A stretch of 64,000 bases of DNA from NCBI GenBank assembly GCA_004431415.1, contig QPMI01000686.1, positions 1-64,000 on the forward strand, read 5' to 3'. This DNA comes from Cyanophora paradoxa CCMP329 (lineage: Eukaryota; Plantae; Glaucophyta). The translations under genes and the position numbers were made by a program. Under the pieces are notes generated by a model. That model made no database searches. It had not been told where the DNA came from and worked only from the letters and a program-made list of their open reading frames with translations. Of the stretch, positions 12,701-25,500 are shown piece after piece. The first letter of the stretch is position 1. Each line of letters opens with the position of its first letter.

Positions 12701-14140
12701 CGAGCAGGCCCGCACCGAGCTCGCCGCCACCAGCCTCAAGGCCCGCCCCGCCCCACCCCCGCCCCCGCCCCGCCCCCAGCCGAGCGGGGCGGCAGTTCGC
12801 GGCGGCGGAGGGGCGCATCGAGGAGCAGCGCTCGCGCGTGGCGCAGCTCGAGGCGCAGGTCCGGCCCCGCCCCGCACCCGCCCCGCACCCGCCCCGAGCC
12901 CGAGCCCGCCGCCGCTCGCAGATCGCGCGGGGCAAGCCAGCGGCGCCGACGGCCTCGTCCCCCACCACGCCCCGCTCCAACACGCGCTCCGTGGTCCCCG
13001 CCGCGTACCCCCTCTCGCTTCTCCTCCGCTCACCGTACCCCCCAGCCGGGGCGCTCGAACTCGACGCTGACGGCGGGGGCCCTCTCCGCGAGCGGGGTAC
13101 AGCTGCTCAGCGACGCCGAGCGGAAGAAGGCCCGCATCCCCCCCTCTCCCCGAACGCCGTACCCCCGCCCCCGGCGAGCTCGGGGCGCAGCTGGTGGCGG
13201 AGCACGCCAAGTACCTCGGGGTCGACCCCGGCGCGCTCCCCGCCCCGGGCCCGCCCCCCCGCCCCGGCTCTGACGTGTACGTACCCCCCGCAGAGAGGGA
13301 GCCGCAGCTGATGTGGGTCGCCGAGCGCGCCCTCGGCACCGGCCTCCCCATCGGCTGGGAGGCCCGCCCCGCCCCGGGTACGCCGACCATCGTTCTGTCC
13401 CTGACGGGGGCGGGGTACAGGAGCACGTGCACGAGAACAACCTGTTCTTCTGGAACGGGTGGACAGAGGAGAGCACGTGGGAGCACCCCGTGGTACCCCC
13501 ATGCCCCCTTCCTCTGCCCCTGTGTTTCCACGAACCCGTACCCCCGCAGGATGTGTTCTTCCAACGTACCCTGGCGGATCTGCGGGCAGGGGGGGCCCTC
13601 CTGGGCGCACTTGTTACGACGCTCACCCCACAGGCCCGCCCCGAGGCGCCGTACCGCCGCCCCGGCCCCGCCTGACCCGACCCCTTCCGCAGCTCGCAAA
13701 GCATATCTCCGCGGATCCGAAGTATGGTGCGGGTCGCCTCCCTTGCCGTACCCCGGCTGTGGGGGGCCACGAACAATCCGTACCCCCCGCAGGCCTTCAG
13801 GTCCCCGAGACGGCGGGCGCCCTTATCGTCGACACGCTCCCCAACTCGGGCGCCGAGGCCCGCCCCCCGCCGGCGCCCCCAGACCCGGCGCCGCGCTGAG
13901 GCTCGGCGCGGCCGCAGAGGGGCGGCCTCAAGAGGGGCGACGTCGTCGTCGAGGCGAACGGTACCCCCGTCGAGAACGCCGCCGGCTTCGCGACTGTGCG
14001 CCGTACCCCCCTCCAGGCCCTCTGTCTCTCGTGCGGCGAGCGACGGGGCGCAGGCGGCGGAGGGGTTCGGGAAGGGCGAGCGCTGCAAGCTGCGCGTGCG
14101 GCGAGGGACGGACGGCAAGTCCTACTCCGTCGTCCTGTGA
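9742..14140 (+). CDS. Long coiled-coil protein with a CEP164-like WW module and a C-terminal HtrA/Deg-type PDZ domain
   Basis: Many E/A/R-rich heptad exons. WW region: HAKYLGVDP-EREPQLMWVAERALGTGLPIGWEEHVHENNLFFWNGWTEESTWEHP. PDZ region: GALIVDTLPNSGAERGGLKRGDVVVEANGTPVEN..KLRVRRG. Stop at 14140. Confidence 0.75.
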
Positions 14141-14921
14141 GGCCCGCCGGGTTGGGGCCCGCCGGTTGGCGTGGGCACGGATGCCCTCGAGCAGCTTTGA
14201 TTTTAATTATTGCACGGTCGTGGGCATGGGTCTCGGTTGAGATTTTCCGGAACGAATTGTTGATGCATCGATTCATTCATAGAGCATGCGCAAGAAACTC
14301 ATTCTTTTGAATGCTAGGAGTTGTTCGCGCTCGCCACATGTATACGAATTAATATTCGAATATATTAATATTAATGCACACGTACATGTGCGCATGCATC
14401 GTGACACGTAAACCCAAGTCAGAAGGACTAGGTTTCCAGTGCCATAAGGCGTGCTCTCAGAGTCTTGCGTGCTGTAGCTGTGCGGCTCCGGCAGGCTGGC
14501 AGTGCAGGCGAGCGGAACTAGTGTGATGACAGAAAGAGCAAGTGCCGGGTACAAGTGTGTCGCCGGGGGATGGACCCGGGACGGGGTACATGAAAAGTAG
14601 TGGGGATCTAATCGCGGCACTCTGCGCAAGCGACGCAGCCGCTAGTAGTGCCAAGTACCGCGAGTAACGCGACTCGGGGCGCCGGCTCCTGACGGCAGAA
14701 AGCCGTGAGGCAATGTAAGCCTGCAGCTATATACCTAATTATATAAGCGCTAGCCTGACACGAGGATCGCCTGAACACGTATACCTAAAGCCTGCAGCGC
14801 TAGCGAGCGCTGCGAGCAGCTGGACGACGGCAACTTGTTGACTGAAGACTTCACTGTATTGATTCCGACCGACGGCGCCGGCGCGCCGCGCTGTTGAGTG
14901 CCCATGGATCCGGAGGGCCCC

Positions 14922-15939
14922 AGCGTGCCGAGAGGCCGCCACGGGACTCCCGCCGTGTCGCCAGTAGCGAGGCGGGGGCTGGTGGACTGGCTCTGCCGTT
15001 GACTCCGATGTGTCGGGCTGGAGATAACGTCGGGCGTCGTCGCTGACAGTGGCGCAGTACGCCGTTGACGACGCGACGCGCTGCTGGAGGCCCGTGGAGG
15101 ACCCCGGCGTGCCGAGAGGCCGTCGCGGGACTCCCGCCGTGTCGCCAGTAGCAAGGCGGGGGCCGGTGGACTGGCTCTGCCGTTGACTCCGATGTGTCGG
15201 GCTGGAGATAACGTCGGGCGTCGTCGCTGACAGTGGCGCAGTACGCCGTTGACGACGCGACGCGCTGCTGGAGGCCCGTGGAGGACCCCGGCGTGCCGAG
15301 AGGCCGTCGCGGGACTCCCGCCGTATCGCCAGTAGCGAGGCGGGGGCCGGTGGACTGGCTCTGCCGTTGACTCCGATGTGTCGGGCTGGAGATAACGTCG
15401 GGCGTCGTCGCTGACAGTGGCGCAGTACGCCGTTGACGACGCGACGCGCTGCTGGAGGCCCGTGGAGGACCCCGGCGTGCCGAGAGGCCGTCGCGGGACT
15501 CCCGCCGTGTCGCCAGTAGCGAGGCGGGGGCCGGTGGACTGGCTCTGCCGTTGACTCCGATGTGTCGGGCTGGAGATAACGTCGGGCGTCGTCGCTGACA
15601 GTGGCGCAGTACGCCGTTGACGACGCGACGCGCTGCTGGAGGCCCGTGGAGGACCCCGGCGTGCCGAGAGGCTGCCGCGAGACTCCCGCCGTGTCGCCAG
15701 TAGCGAGGCGGGGGCCGGTGGACTGGCTCTGCCGTTGACTCCGATGTGTCGGGCTGGAGATAACGTCGGGCGTCGTCGCTGACAGTGGCGCAGTACGCCG
15801 TTGACGACGCGACGCGCTGCTGGAGGCCCGTGGAGGACCCCGGCGTGCCGAGAGGCTGCCGCGAGACTCCCGCCGTGTCGCCAGTAGCGAGGCGGGGGCC
15901 GGTGGACTGGCTCTGCCGTTGACTCCGATGTGTCGGGCT
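14922..15939. repeat. Tandem array of a 184-bp unit, about 5.5 copies
   Basis: GACTCCGATG recurs at 15001, 15185, 15369, 15553, 15737 and 15921; units are near-identical. Confidence 0.95.
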
Positions 15940-16307
15940 GAATGCGCAGCAGGCCGCGGAGCATGCGAGAGACCGCGGGTGCTGATCGAGTGGGCCGCTG
16001 CGGGAGGACGAGTCCAGCCGCCGGGGGGCCTCGCTGCGGAGGGGCAGTGCCGCGATTCGGGCGAACCCTAACACGGGCTGCCCTCACGCAGCGCCTCCGC
16101 CGCCGACGCTGGGCGTGCTCTCGGCTGCTGGAGCCGTTGCTGGCCAAGGACGGCGCTTCGGGCCGAACGTGTCGCTGGGCTGCATTGCTGAACATGGCGC
16201 TGCAAGTCGCCGAGAGGACGGCACGCGACTCCCGCCGTGTCGCCAGTAGCGAGGCGGGGGCCGGCGGGCAAGCGCTGCTGTTGACTGCGATGCGTTGGGC
16301 TAAACGA

Positions 16308-16843
16308 CGACGACGTACGGACACGCAGCCGCTACGCGAGCGGGTGCAGGCCGAAGAGGTCGACGGCAGGGTTGATGATCTTCACGAGCGGGGTGCTCTG
16401 AAGATCGACGACGTACGGACACGCAGCCGCTACGCGAGCGGGTGCAGGCCGAAGAGGTCGACGGCGGGGTTGATGATCTTCGCGAGCGGGGTGCTCTGAA
16501 GATCGACGACGTACGGACACGCAGCCGCTACGCAAGCGGGTGCAGGCCGAAGAGGTTGACGGCGGGGTTGATGATCTTCGCGAGCGGGGTGCTCTGAAGA
16601 TCGACGACGTACGGACACGCAGCCGCTACGCGAGCGGGTGCAGGCCGAAGAGGTCGACGGCAGGGTTGATGATCTTCGCGAGCGGGGTGCTCTGAAGATC
16701 GACGACGTACGGACACGCAGCCGCTACGCGAGCGGGTGCAGGCCGAAGAGGTTGACGGCGGGGTTGATGATCTTCGCGAGCGGGGTGCTCTGAAGATCGA
16801 CGACGTACGGACACGCAGCCGCTACGCGAGCGGGTGCAGGCCG
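16308..16843. repeat. Tandem array of a 98-bp unit, about 5.5 copies
   Basis: CGACGACGTACGGACACGCAGCCGCTACGC recurs every 98 bp; the ORF-track ends at 16332, 16430, 16528, 16626, 16724 and 16822 show the period. Confidence 0.95.
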
Positions 16844-17166
16844 GAAAGACGCTCGACGACAGTCTGCAGGCCGCGGCTGCTGCGTGAGCAGGCGTGACCC
16901 GCGTCCGAAGTGTTCGACTTCGCCGACGCGATTGAAAACATGAGGGTGCCGACTGCGCTGGAGGGTTTGGTCGAGCTGTCGTTGCTTATCGCAAACTGTG
17001 CTGTTGATAGTGTTGTCAACGGCTGCGGCGCCCTCAGAAGCGTGCACGAGCACGGAGATCACAGGGAGCGAAGCGACAGCAACGACAACGCGCGGTGCTG
17101 AAGAGTGCACCAGGTTCCACGTTGTCCGCCGGTGCAACGAGCTGCCCAAAAGGCAGGTCGCTACGA

Positions 17167-17747
17167 GCGTGCCGAGAGGCTGCCGCGAGACTCCCGCCGT
17201 GTCGCCAGTAGCGAGGCGGGGGCCGGTGGACTGGCTCTGCCGTTGACTCCGATGTGTCGGGCTGGAGATAACGTCGGGCGTCGTCGCTGACAGTGGCGCA
17301 GTACGCCGTTGACGACGCGACGCGCTGCTGGAGGCCCGTGGAGGACCCCGGCGTGCCGAGAGGCCGTCGCGGGACTCCCGCCGTGTCGCCAGTAGCGAGG
17401 CGGGGGCCGGTGGACTGGCTGAATGCGCAGCAGGCCGCGGAGCCTGCGAGAGACCGCGGGTGCTGATCGAGTGGGCCGCTGCGGGAGGACGAGTCCAGCC
17501 GCAGGGGGGCCTCGCTGCGGAGGGGCAGTGCCGCGATTCGGGCGAACCCTAACACGGGCTGCCCTCACGCAGCGCCTGCGCCGCCGACGCTGGGCGTGCT
17601 CTCGGCTGCTGGAGCCGTTGCTGGCCAAGGACGGCGCTTCGGGCCGAACGTGTCGCTGGGCTGCATTGCTGAACATGGCGTTGCAAGTCGCCGAGAGGAC
17701 GGCTACGGGACTCCCGCCGTGTCGCCAGTAGCGAGGCGGGGGCCGGC
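17167..17747. repeat. Second direct copy of [~1.4 x 184-bp unit + ~300-bp segment X]; X also lies at 15940-16265
   Basis: GAATGCGCAGCAGGCCGCGGAGC...GAACATGGCG is shared by 15940-16200 and 17421-17680. Confidence 0.9.
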
Positions 17748-17749
17748 CG

Positions 17750-19139
17750 TACAGGCGGCAGCGACCGCAGCAGAGCTCTCTCCGCGCGGCCTCCTCCAGG
17801 TCCCTCCTCCCGCACCGCCTCGCGCCCTGGGCCTCCTCCCGCCCCAGCGCCGCCTCCTCCATCACCTGACGTGACGGCGGCGGGTGGCAGGTTCAGCGAG
17901 GAAGAGAAGAGGCGGGAGGTGGGGGCGGGGAGGACGAGTGTCGTGTGACCGAGCCCCGAGGCGAGTCGGCGAAGTGGGGCCTGGGGCGCCCCCGCATCAG
18001 GCGCTGCAACGCGGGGCGCGCGCCCGTTTGGGCTCGCGAGAGCAATGGAGGCACCAGACGCCTCGACCCGCCTCCCGATGCCGGTCCAGATGACGTGTAC
18101 GCCTGCGAGCGGCTGAGGGGCGGCGCGAGAGGAGGGGGGAGAGAAGTGACCGTGATTGGCGGGACCGACCGCGGGGCACGAATGCAACGCGGCTAGCAAC
18201 ACGGGCCCGTGAGTGGGGGCCGGCTCGAGCGAGGGCGAGGCGGGAACTGCCCACAGCTGCAGCTCCAGCTCCCACGTGCAGAGGCCGGTTCTCGGCGGTT
18301 CTCCCGCGCGTCCAGCGACGTCATCCCCGCCCCGCCCTTGGCCGGGCCGATCAGCGCCGCCGTCCGCCGGTCCCCCAGCCCGTAGAACGCCAGCTCCAGC
18401 CGCTGCCGGCGCTCACAAGGGGCGGGCGGGCGCGCCGGGGCAGAGGAGGGCGGACCTCGGCGCCCTCGACGCGGCGCCCGACGCTCCAGGTCCCGCGTGC
18501 CTTCGCGGGCCGCGGCCGTGGGGCCCCATGCTCTCCTCGAGCCGCCCCCTCGCCGGCTCCGGCGTCCCCAGCGCCCTGCGGGTGCGATCGGGGGCGGCAG
18601 CGGCCGGCGCCGGCGACCGCGCGGGGCCGGCGCGCACGCGTGGAGCATGGGCGGCAGGCTGCTGCAGGAGCGCGAGCCGTCGATCGAGTGCGACGTGCCC
18701 CCCGGCGAGCGCGACGGGTACGCCTCCTCCACCAGGCGCGCCGCGAGGGGTATAGGGATCGGGATGGGCGCCGCGCTGTCCCGCGAGACCACTGCGCGCG
18801 GAGGGGCCGCTCGACGCCCGAGGACGGGGCGGCGGCGCCGGCGCACCGCGGCGGACGGCTTCGTAGGAGCGGGCGAAGGAGAGCGAGCGGCCCTGGTGCC
18901 CGTAGCCTGGGTCCGCCGAGGCGCGGCCGCCCAAGCGCGCGGCGATGCCGCCGGCGTGGCGGGCGAGGGCGCGGCCGGCGGCGCTGCCCTCGCTGCCGTC
19001 GCTGTCCGAGCTCGTGATGCTGCTGCCGCTCGCCTCGCCCTCGCTCGCCCCGGGGCTCAGCGCCGCCAGCAGCGCCGCCGTCGGCCCCGCCCGCGCCCGC
19101 TCCCGCGAGGGCGTCCGCAGCGCGCGGAGGCGCGTTCAT
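17750..19139 (-). CDS. Hypothetical protein or pseudogene, apparently cut at its 3' end by the repeat block
   Basis: Coding-like frames (SGSSITSSDSDGSEG; RLVEEAYPSRSPGG; VMEEAALGREEAQG) run straight into the 184-bp repeat at ~17750. Frames are inconsistent. Confidence 0.3.
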
Positions 19140-19566
19140 CCTGGATTCACGTCAGGCCTGGATTTTGAGGCGTCAGGAGAGGTACTTAAAAGTTCAGCAT
19201 CGCGATCAGCCTTGCTGACCTCGCTGTCGAGCAATGTGATCCTCTTGTCAGGTCATTGTAGCGTTGTCGATGATACGGGAAATTGTGCGCAAGATTGATG
19301 CGTCGCAATAATAGCCCCAGGGAATCAAGATCAATGATCAAGATGGAAAGTCCAGTGTTCCTAATGCGGTAGATGGCACGGGGAAATGTGTCCAGTGATC
19401 GAGTGGATATTAAATGTTTTTTAATTTTGAGAGTAGAGACTTGGTGTTGCTTTTTCGGCTGCAGTAGCTTATAGCTGCGATGCGTTGGTTGAGGCCTGCA
19501 TGTGAGCCACGGTCTTGACGCAAAGTCAGTGTTCCGGAGGCCACTCCTCAACCGCACAGCCAACGT

Positions 19567-22500
19567 CTAGCACCGTGGGGCCGAGGCCCCGGGCGACTGC
19601 GACTGCAGCACCCTGGAGCCTTCGTTCGAGAAAGTGAGGAAGCGGCCGCTGAAGTCGGGGTCGTGCAGGTAGACTCGAGGGGTCGTCGGATCGTGATTTA
19701 GCGCGTAGCTGAGCGGCAGGAACGCGCCGGGCGAGCCAGCGCGGGTGGAATGATTCGACGAAGCGCCGTCGGTGAACAAGTTCGGCAAGCGCCTCTGAGG
19801 GTCGGGGTCGTTCGGGTCCCCGTCGGAGTAACGAAGAGGGTGGACGTCGTCAATCTCCGTGTTGACGCGCAGCCGAGAACCGGGCGCATTGTAGATTTCG
19901 GTGATCCAAGTGTTCAAGGTCGTGCGCACTTCCGGGCTGTACAGAGCTTCGCCGTAAGCCGCGAAGAACGGGTCGTACCTGCCTGAATCGGGACCCGCCG
20001 AAGCTGACATAGCCGGCGTTATCATGATGCGCCGATGCACCAGATCCTCGAACTGGGCGATGCCCATCTCGACCTCGCGACGCTCGACGGAAATAGGTTC
20101 CGCCTGCGCTCCGAGATGCACATACCCGCCTTCGGAAAGCTTGTCGGCATGGAGGCACGCTTGCGTGCTGGCAGGTATGCGGAATGCGTGGGGGTACAAG
20201 GTCCGCTGGCGTTGCGACGAGGCGCTCGAAGACGCGCCGGGCTGCCAAACTTGGCGGGCCAGGTGGGTCAGGGTCGCCTGTAGCAACAGGGCCGTGAAGG
20301 CGGATGCGAAGTGGCCCGGCGGAACACGCGTCGAGTTCGGGAAGAACAGCTGGTACCAACACTGAAGTGAAGTCGAGAGGATAAGGCGCCCGTCTCCATC
20401 GTGGCAGAAGTGAAGGCTGTCCGCGTTGCGACGGATGTAGTCGTTGAGGATGCGGATCAGCGTCGTCGGGATGGGCTCTTGCTTCGTGGGGAAGGCGCCG
20501 TAGAGCGCGAGAGCCTGCGCCGCAAAGTAGCTGTAGCCGTACACCCAAGCGACGACCTTGACGGGGAACGTGATGACAGCGTGACGCGCTGCGGACGCGG
20601 GAGTCCCGGGCGCGAGTAGAGCCCACACTCCGCCCGGGCCGACGTAATTGTCGTGAAGGATGGGGAAGCCGTCGAAGTCATCTGGATGCGAATCGGTGCT
20701 ACCGAGGAGAGTTGCCCACGTCGCCATGTTGTTGGGGTCGAAGACGCGGATGTAAGATCCCGTGTAGTCTTTGCTGAGGAGTTTGCCGACACGCGGGCCG
20801 TGCTGGTCAACGTTATCGTTGGTCAGATGAGTGATGAAATCGACAAATGGCGGGGGCGAAGTGAAATCAAGAGGTTGGCTGTCCCGCCGAGTGAGCTTGT
20901 TGTTGTTCAGCGCAACAATGAAGAAAGAGAATAAGTTGCTCGTGGCGTGTTCGTTCGATGGATATATGCAGAGATCTCGGAATTCAAGTCTCGAACGATT
21001 GACACGGCGCATCTCGTCAAATCCAGGAATGCCGTGGCGGTACGGGTTCACTTCTGGGTCCGCCAGATGCCGGACGCAGCGGTCAAGTGCCTGCACGAAA
21101 CCACGGAGGCGAATCTGGTTGAGGAGGTACAGTGATCTGAATTTCGGGTTTCGTTTCATGGATCTGTCCACTTGCCAATCGCCGTGAAGAAGGTACTGCA
21201 TGTGCGCGTCGCCGAGAGGGAACTCGTCGTTTGGTTCCACACCGAGAGACGTCTGCCGTGCACTTGGAGGACGAGCCCACGAGCCCAGCGGCGTCGGGGC
21301 TCCCCACATTTCCGCAACTACTGTCGCTGCCCACGGAGCATGGCGCAGATTCTCCTCCATGGCGGCGCAGAGCGCCGTGACGAAACGCTCGTTGGCTTTG
21401 AACGCATGGGGCTGTTTGTCGACTGTGAAGGTGACATCACGGTCGAGTGCGGAGGCCACGCTTGCACTCATGAACGGCGGGTTGTGCAGGAGGATCTGGT
21501 GCGGGAAGAACGGGCGATTTGGATCATCTTTCCACAGTGCGCCGCCGAGACGCAGACGGCTGTACATGTTCTCCGCTGAGACAGATGGGGCAGCAGGGAT
21601 GCCAGGAGCAGCCGTAGACGTCGAGCTCGATGCAAGCACAGGGCTGGACCGTGGCCTGCCGTCATGCTGGTCGACAGTTGCAGACAGGCGGGTCGCCCCT
21701 GGCTTCACGAACGGATGAGCGTCGGATGCTTGCGCTGTAACGCCTTGGGAATGCGCATCGACAGTCGACATATTGCCAGGAAGCGGTTGCGGAAGCTGTG
21801 CGACGCCTCACATGAGAAAACAGATCTTTGCAAAAACACAGCGCTGAGCGTACCTCAACATTCGGCCCCTTCTCTGCTCGGCTCACCTCACTCGACACAG
21901 CAACGCTCGGCACACAGCTCTTCTCCTTTACCGCCGCCACGGCACGTGCTACGTCGCGAAGCTGGCTCTCCAGCCGCGCAAGCTCCATCTGCACTGGCTC
22001 GCTGCTTGGGTGCAGTGCTGCAGCCTCGCGAAGAGCTGCCACAGCCAACTCAATATTCCCCTGCGATTCCAGCGCCCCGGCCAGCATCAAGAACAGCTGT
22101 AAAAAACATAAGCACGAAGAAAAAAGGGGCGATGGCTTTTCTGACGCACATGCTCAGGCGCGGGAAGGCTGGCAAGTTTCAAGCTGTCGATAGCAGATCG
22201 TGCCCATAGCTCGCGCGTCTTCGGTTCCATAATGCAATTCTTCAGAACGTCAGCCGCGTCCTCGCGAGTCAAAGGAAGGTCGCCAAGGAACTCGACAGCC
22301 TCGTTGGAGCGTCTTTCGAGAAGAAGAAGTCGAGCGATAAAAATCTTCGCCTGCAGCGATGACGAGGGTCGCACGAATTCGTTGATATGGACGGCATCTT
22401 AGCAATAATTCGTACCAGAACAAATTTCTCGGCGGCCATAGGAGCTAGTTGGTGATCAGGTGGCACTCGATCAAGCACACGTCGCCACAGCGCATAAGCT

Positions 22501-25500
22501 GATCGAGCCTCCCGCTCTGCATCTTCGCGGCGGCTTTTCTGGAGGTACCTTTCCGACCTTTCCATTGCCCCCGAAGCCTCTCGAGCCAACTTCTTTGCCT
22601 GGAGCTCCGCGTGCTTCTTCCGGAAGGCCTCGTCTCGTGGGAGCACTTCCAGAGCTTCCCGAAGCACGACTTCGGCCTCGTCATCCTTGCCCAACTCCTC
22701 CATAGTTCGGATGAGCACCGAATACGCCTGCACGCGGGTTAGCTGCTTGAAACGAAAAGCGATGCCGAAATAACGCACGGTGCGCGATAGGCGAGCATGG
22801 CTCGGTCCGATTCTTCTCCAAAGCTCGACCGAGGCCCGCCCCCAGGCGACGACGATCTCGCGAGGGGCGCCCTTTTCGATCCCGACGGATGCGGCCTTCT
22901 GCAGCAGCTCGGCGCGGACGATGTTGCAGTCCCGCTCCAGCTCGACGTGGTCGGACTGGTGCGCGCGCGCCGCCCGATCGAACTCGCCGGCGAGCGCTGT
23001 GGCGGCGCGCTCGTACGCTGCAGGGTCGGCGTGCTGCTCCCTAAGAGCCTTTTCGGCCCGCTTCAAGCTCCAGGAAAGACCGCCGACCTCCCGTGCAGCC
23101 TCCAGCTCTCCGGCCCTGCGATATTACATCAGGGCGATGCAAACCTATCTGCATCGAAGCGATTTCTCTCACAGGTCGTAGCAGTCGGCTGCTTTCTCCA
23201 CGTGCCCGCCTCCCGCATCTCTGTAGAGGCCGGCAGCGCTCCTGTACAACTGTTGACGGATCTCGGAGTTGCTCTCCGACGCGGCACATGCATTCAACCG
23301 ATTCGCCGCACGCTCGCATGTCAGCCGACGCGACCTAAGCGGACGACGAAATGTCGGCTGGCGAGCGAGCGAGAATGCACAGCATAAATAGCCGAGGGAC
23401 TCACGAAGAGATGAGTTCGATCGAACCACCCGAGCTGGAAGACGGCATAGTGCCGAGGCATTCGTGGAACAAACGCACGGCGCCCACGTACAGCTTTTGA
23501 CGCAAGGCGCCATCCCGCTCCGACTCTGCCCAGCGAGTCATTCATCAACAGCTTCGATGCCAGCCAGCACGCTCAAAGCGCACCGGCCTTGTGGCATTCC
23601 CACTCCGCTCTGGTGAATACTGCCATGAACTCGTCGCCGGCGTTCTGGTAGGCTCGGGCCGCCATCTCGTACGTCCGCTGGCCCAGGAGCTGATCCCCAA
23701 GGCGCCTCCAATCCTCGGGCGCCTTGCCGCTGTCTCGCCCCCAAGCCACGCCGCGCTTCTCGCCTTTCTCAACAATCTGCGCGAGCACATCGCACCCGAC
23801 AGGGATGCGAACAGGAGATAGATTCTTCACCTGGACAACTTCTGCACTTTTGAAGAGATAAAACATGGGGTTCCTTGCATCCGATTCGTCGAATATCCTG
23901 CAATTGAAGTGGTTGTCAGCATCGAAGGTCATCGCCGCCTTGTCAAGAAAATGCTGAAATTGCACCAAACAGCAGCCTTGGCGCGGGTGAGCGCAGTGTA
24001 AAGCTGAACGCAGGAGATCAACAGGACGAAAGGATGGCGCTCTTACAAAAAGTGATAACACCTGCTTCAGCTCAGCAGCCACAAGCCGGTTCGCCAGCGG
24101 ATCGAAAGGTTTCACGCGCTTAGGCTTACTCGTTCTCTCCTAGGACGATCAAATGATCATGATTAGAAAACAGTACCCGACAATCCGCACAATTGAGATT
24201 GACGAACCTCAACGGGTTGACCGGCGGCCTCGTGAGCGCGCCTCAGAACCTCTTCCTCGGCTGCAGAGACTGCCTCCCGCCACATGGATTCGTCGGGCTT
24301 CGGCGAATCCGCGAAGAAGTTGAAACTGCACCGGACACGGAAGACATCAAGAGAGGCAACAAGCAAATAAAATTGGATAAAGAAGCCGCCGCACATAAGA
24401 ACATCCTCGAACTCCAGACCCTTCGCCTCCTCGACGGTGAGAATGATTGAAGCGCCGAGAAGATTGTTTAGCTGCTTGATGCGTTTCTCCCTGACTTTCG
24501 AATTCCCGCGAATGATGACGACCTGGTCCGCGCCCAACGAATTCTTTCCGTCTACATCGGCGAAGAGGAACGATGCGAGGCTACTCTCGTCCTTCCCCAG
24601 CAGAAGCAACGGAGGCGGGCCCTCGCGAAGACCTGGTGCCTCAATTAGTAGTCGTCGAACACCAAGTCGTGTAGTGAAGCCGGCAATGTTTAACAATAAA
24701 ATCGTTCTCACCGGCGTCCCGCGGAAGATCGTCGTCGAGCTCCTTGGGAAACAGAGTCTGGAGCATGTCGACGGCGACCGCCGCACAGCTGAGCGTTCCG
24801 GAATGGCACCTGTAGCTCTGTATGCGCACAAGATCAGCCACAGAATTGAATGCCGGTGAAAATGTAAATGCGAACAAGCGAGAGATTCAGTCGTCGAAAC
24901 TGAGCTCGATTGGTCGGGAGGATTGTGCGAATCATCGATTGGAGGTCGCAGAACCGGAACACAAGGCCACGGGCAACAGTTTGGACCGTATCACCGCAGA
25001 AGAAGAGGCTGCTGGGATTTACAGCGACCATAGCCATCAGGCTCAGCTCCGCCCCGGTAAAGTCCTGTACCTGCAACGTGCAAACATATTCGATGCATAG
25101 AATGCTTGAACGAGAGGCTTCGTAAGCTCGCCTCGTCGACGATGATCTCGTGCACACGAGGCCCGCGGAAACCGTCTTTGATCCCGCGAAAGATGTGATG
25201 AGCAATATCCTGAAGTCTCAAGCTTGTGAGAGTTTGAAAGACAGGCCGAAAAAAAGTGGAAGACCGTGATAACGTATCTGTACTTCTTATCTTGGCTCTT
25301 GAGCTTGCGGTACCGCTCGTACATCTTGTACACAAGCTCTCGTTGCTTCTCGCTGGCCATGCGCGATCGCGTCTTCCCCATCTCCTGGTACTTCTCCAAG
25401 CTCGCGTAGCCTTCCGGAGAACACAAACTCTCCGCGCTGCCACTGCGTTGCGGACGTGATAAAGCATGAGATATATGAGAGCGAATCTTCAGAATTACTT

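Noticed and set aside
14750-16324. Long minus-strand ORFs (524 and 407 aa)
   Set aside because: They arise from a stop-free GC-rich 184-bp repeat cycling through all frames; no protein-like content.
14922-16843. CRISPR array
   Set aside because: Units are contiguous with no unique spacers, there are no cas genes, and the context is eukaryotic.
16850-17160. Degenerate gag or zinc-knuckle remnant in segment Y
   Set aside because: Only a vague C..H..C pattern with stops; not supportable.
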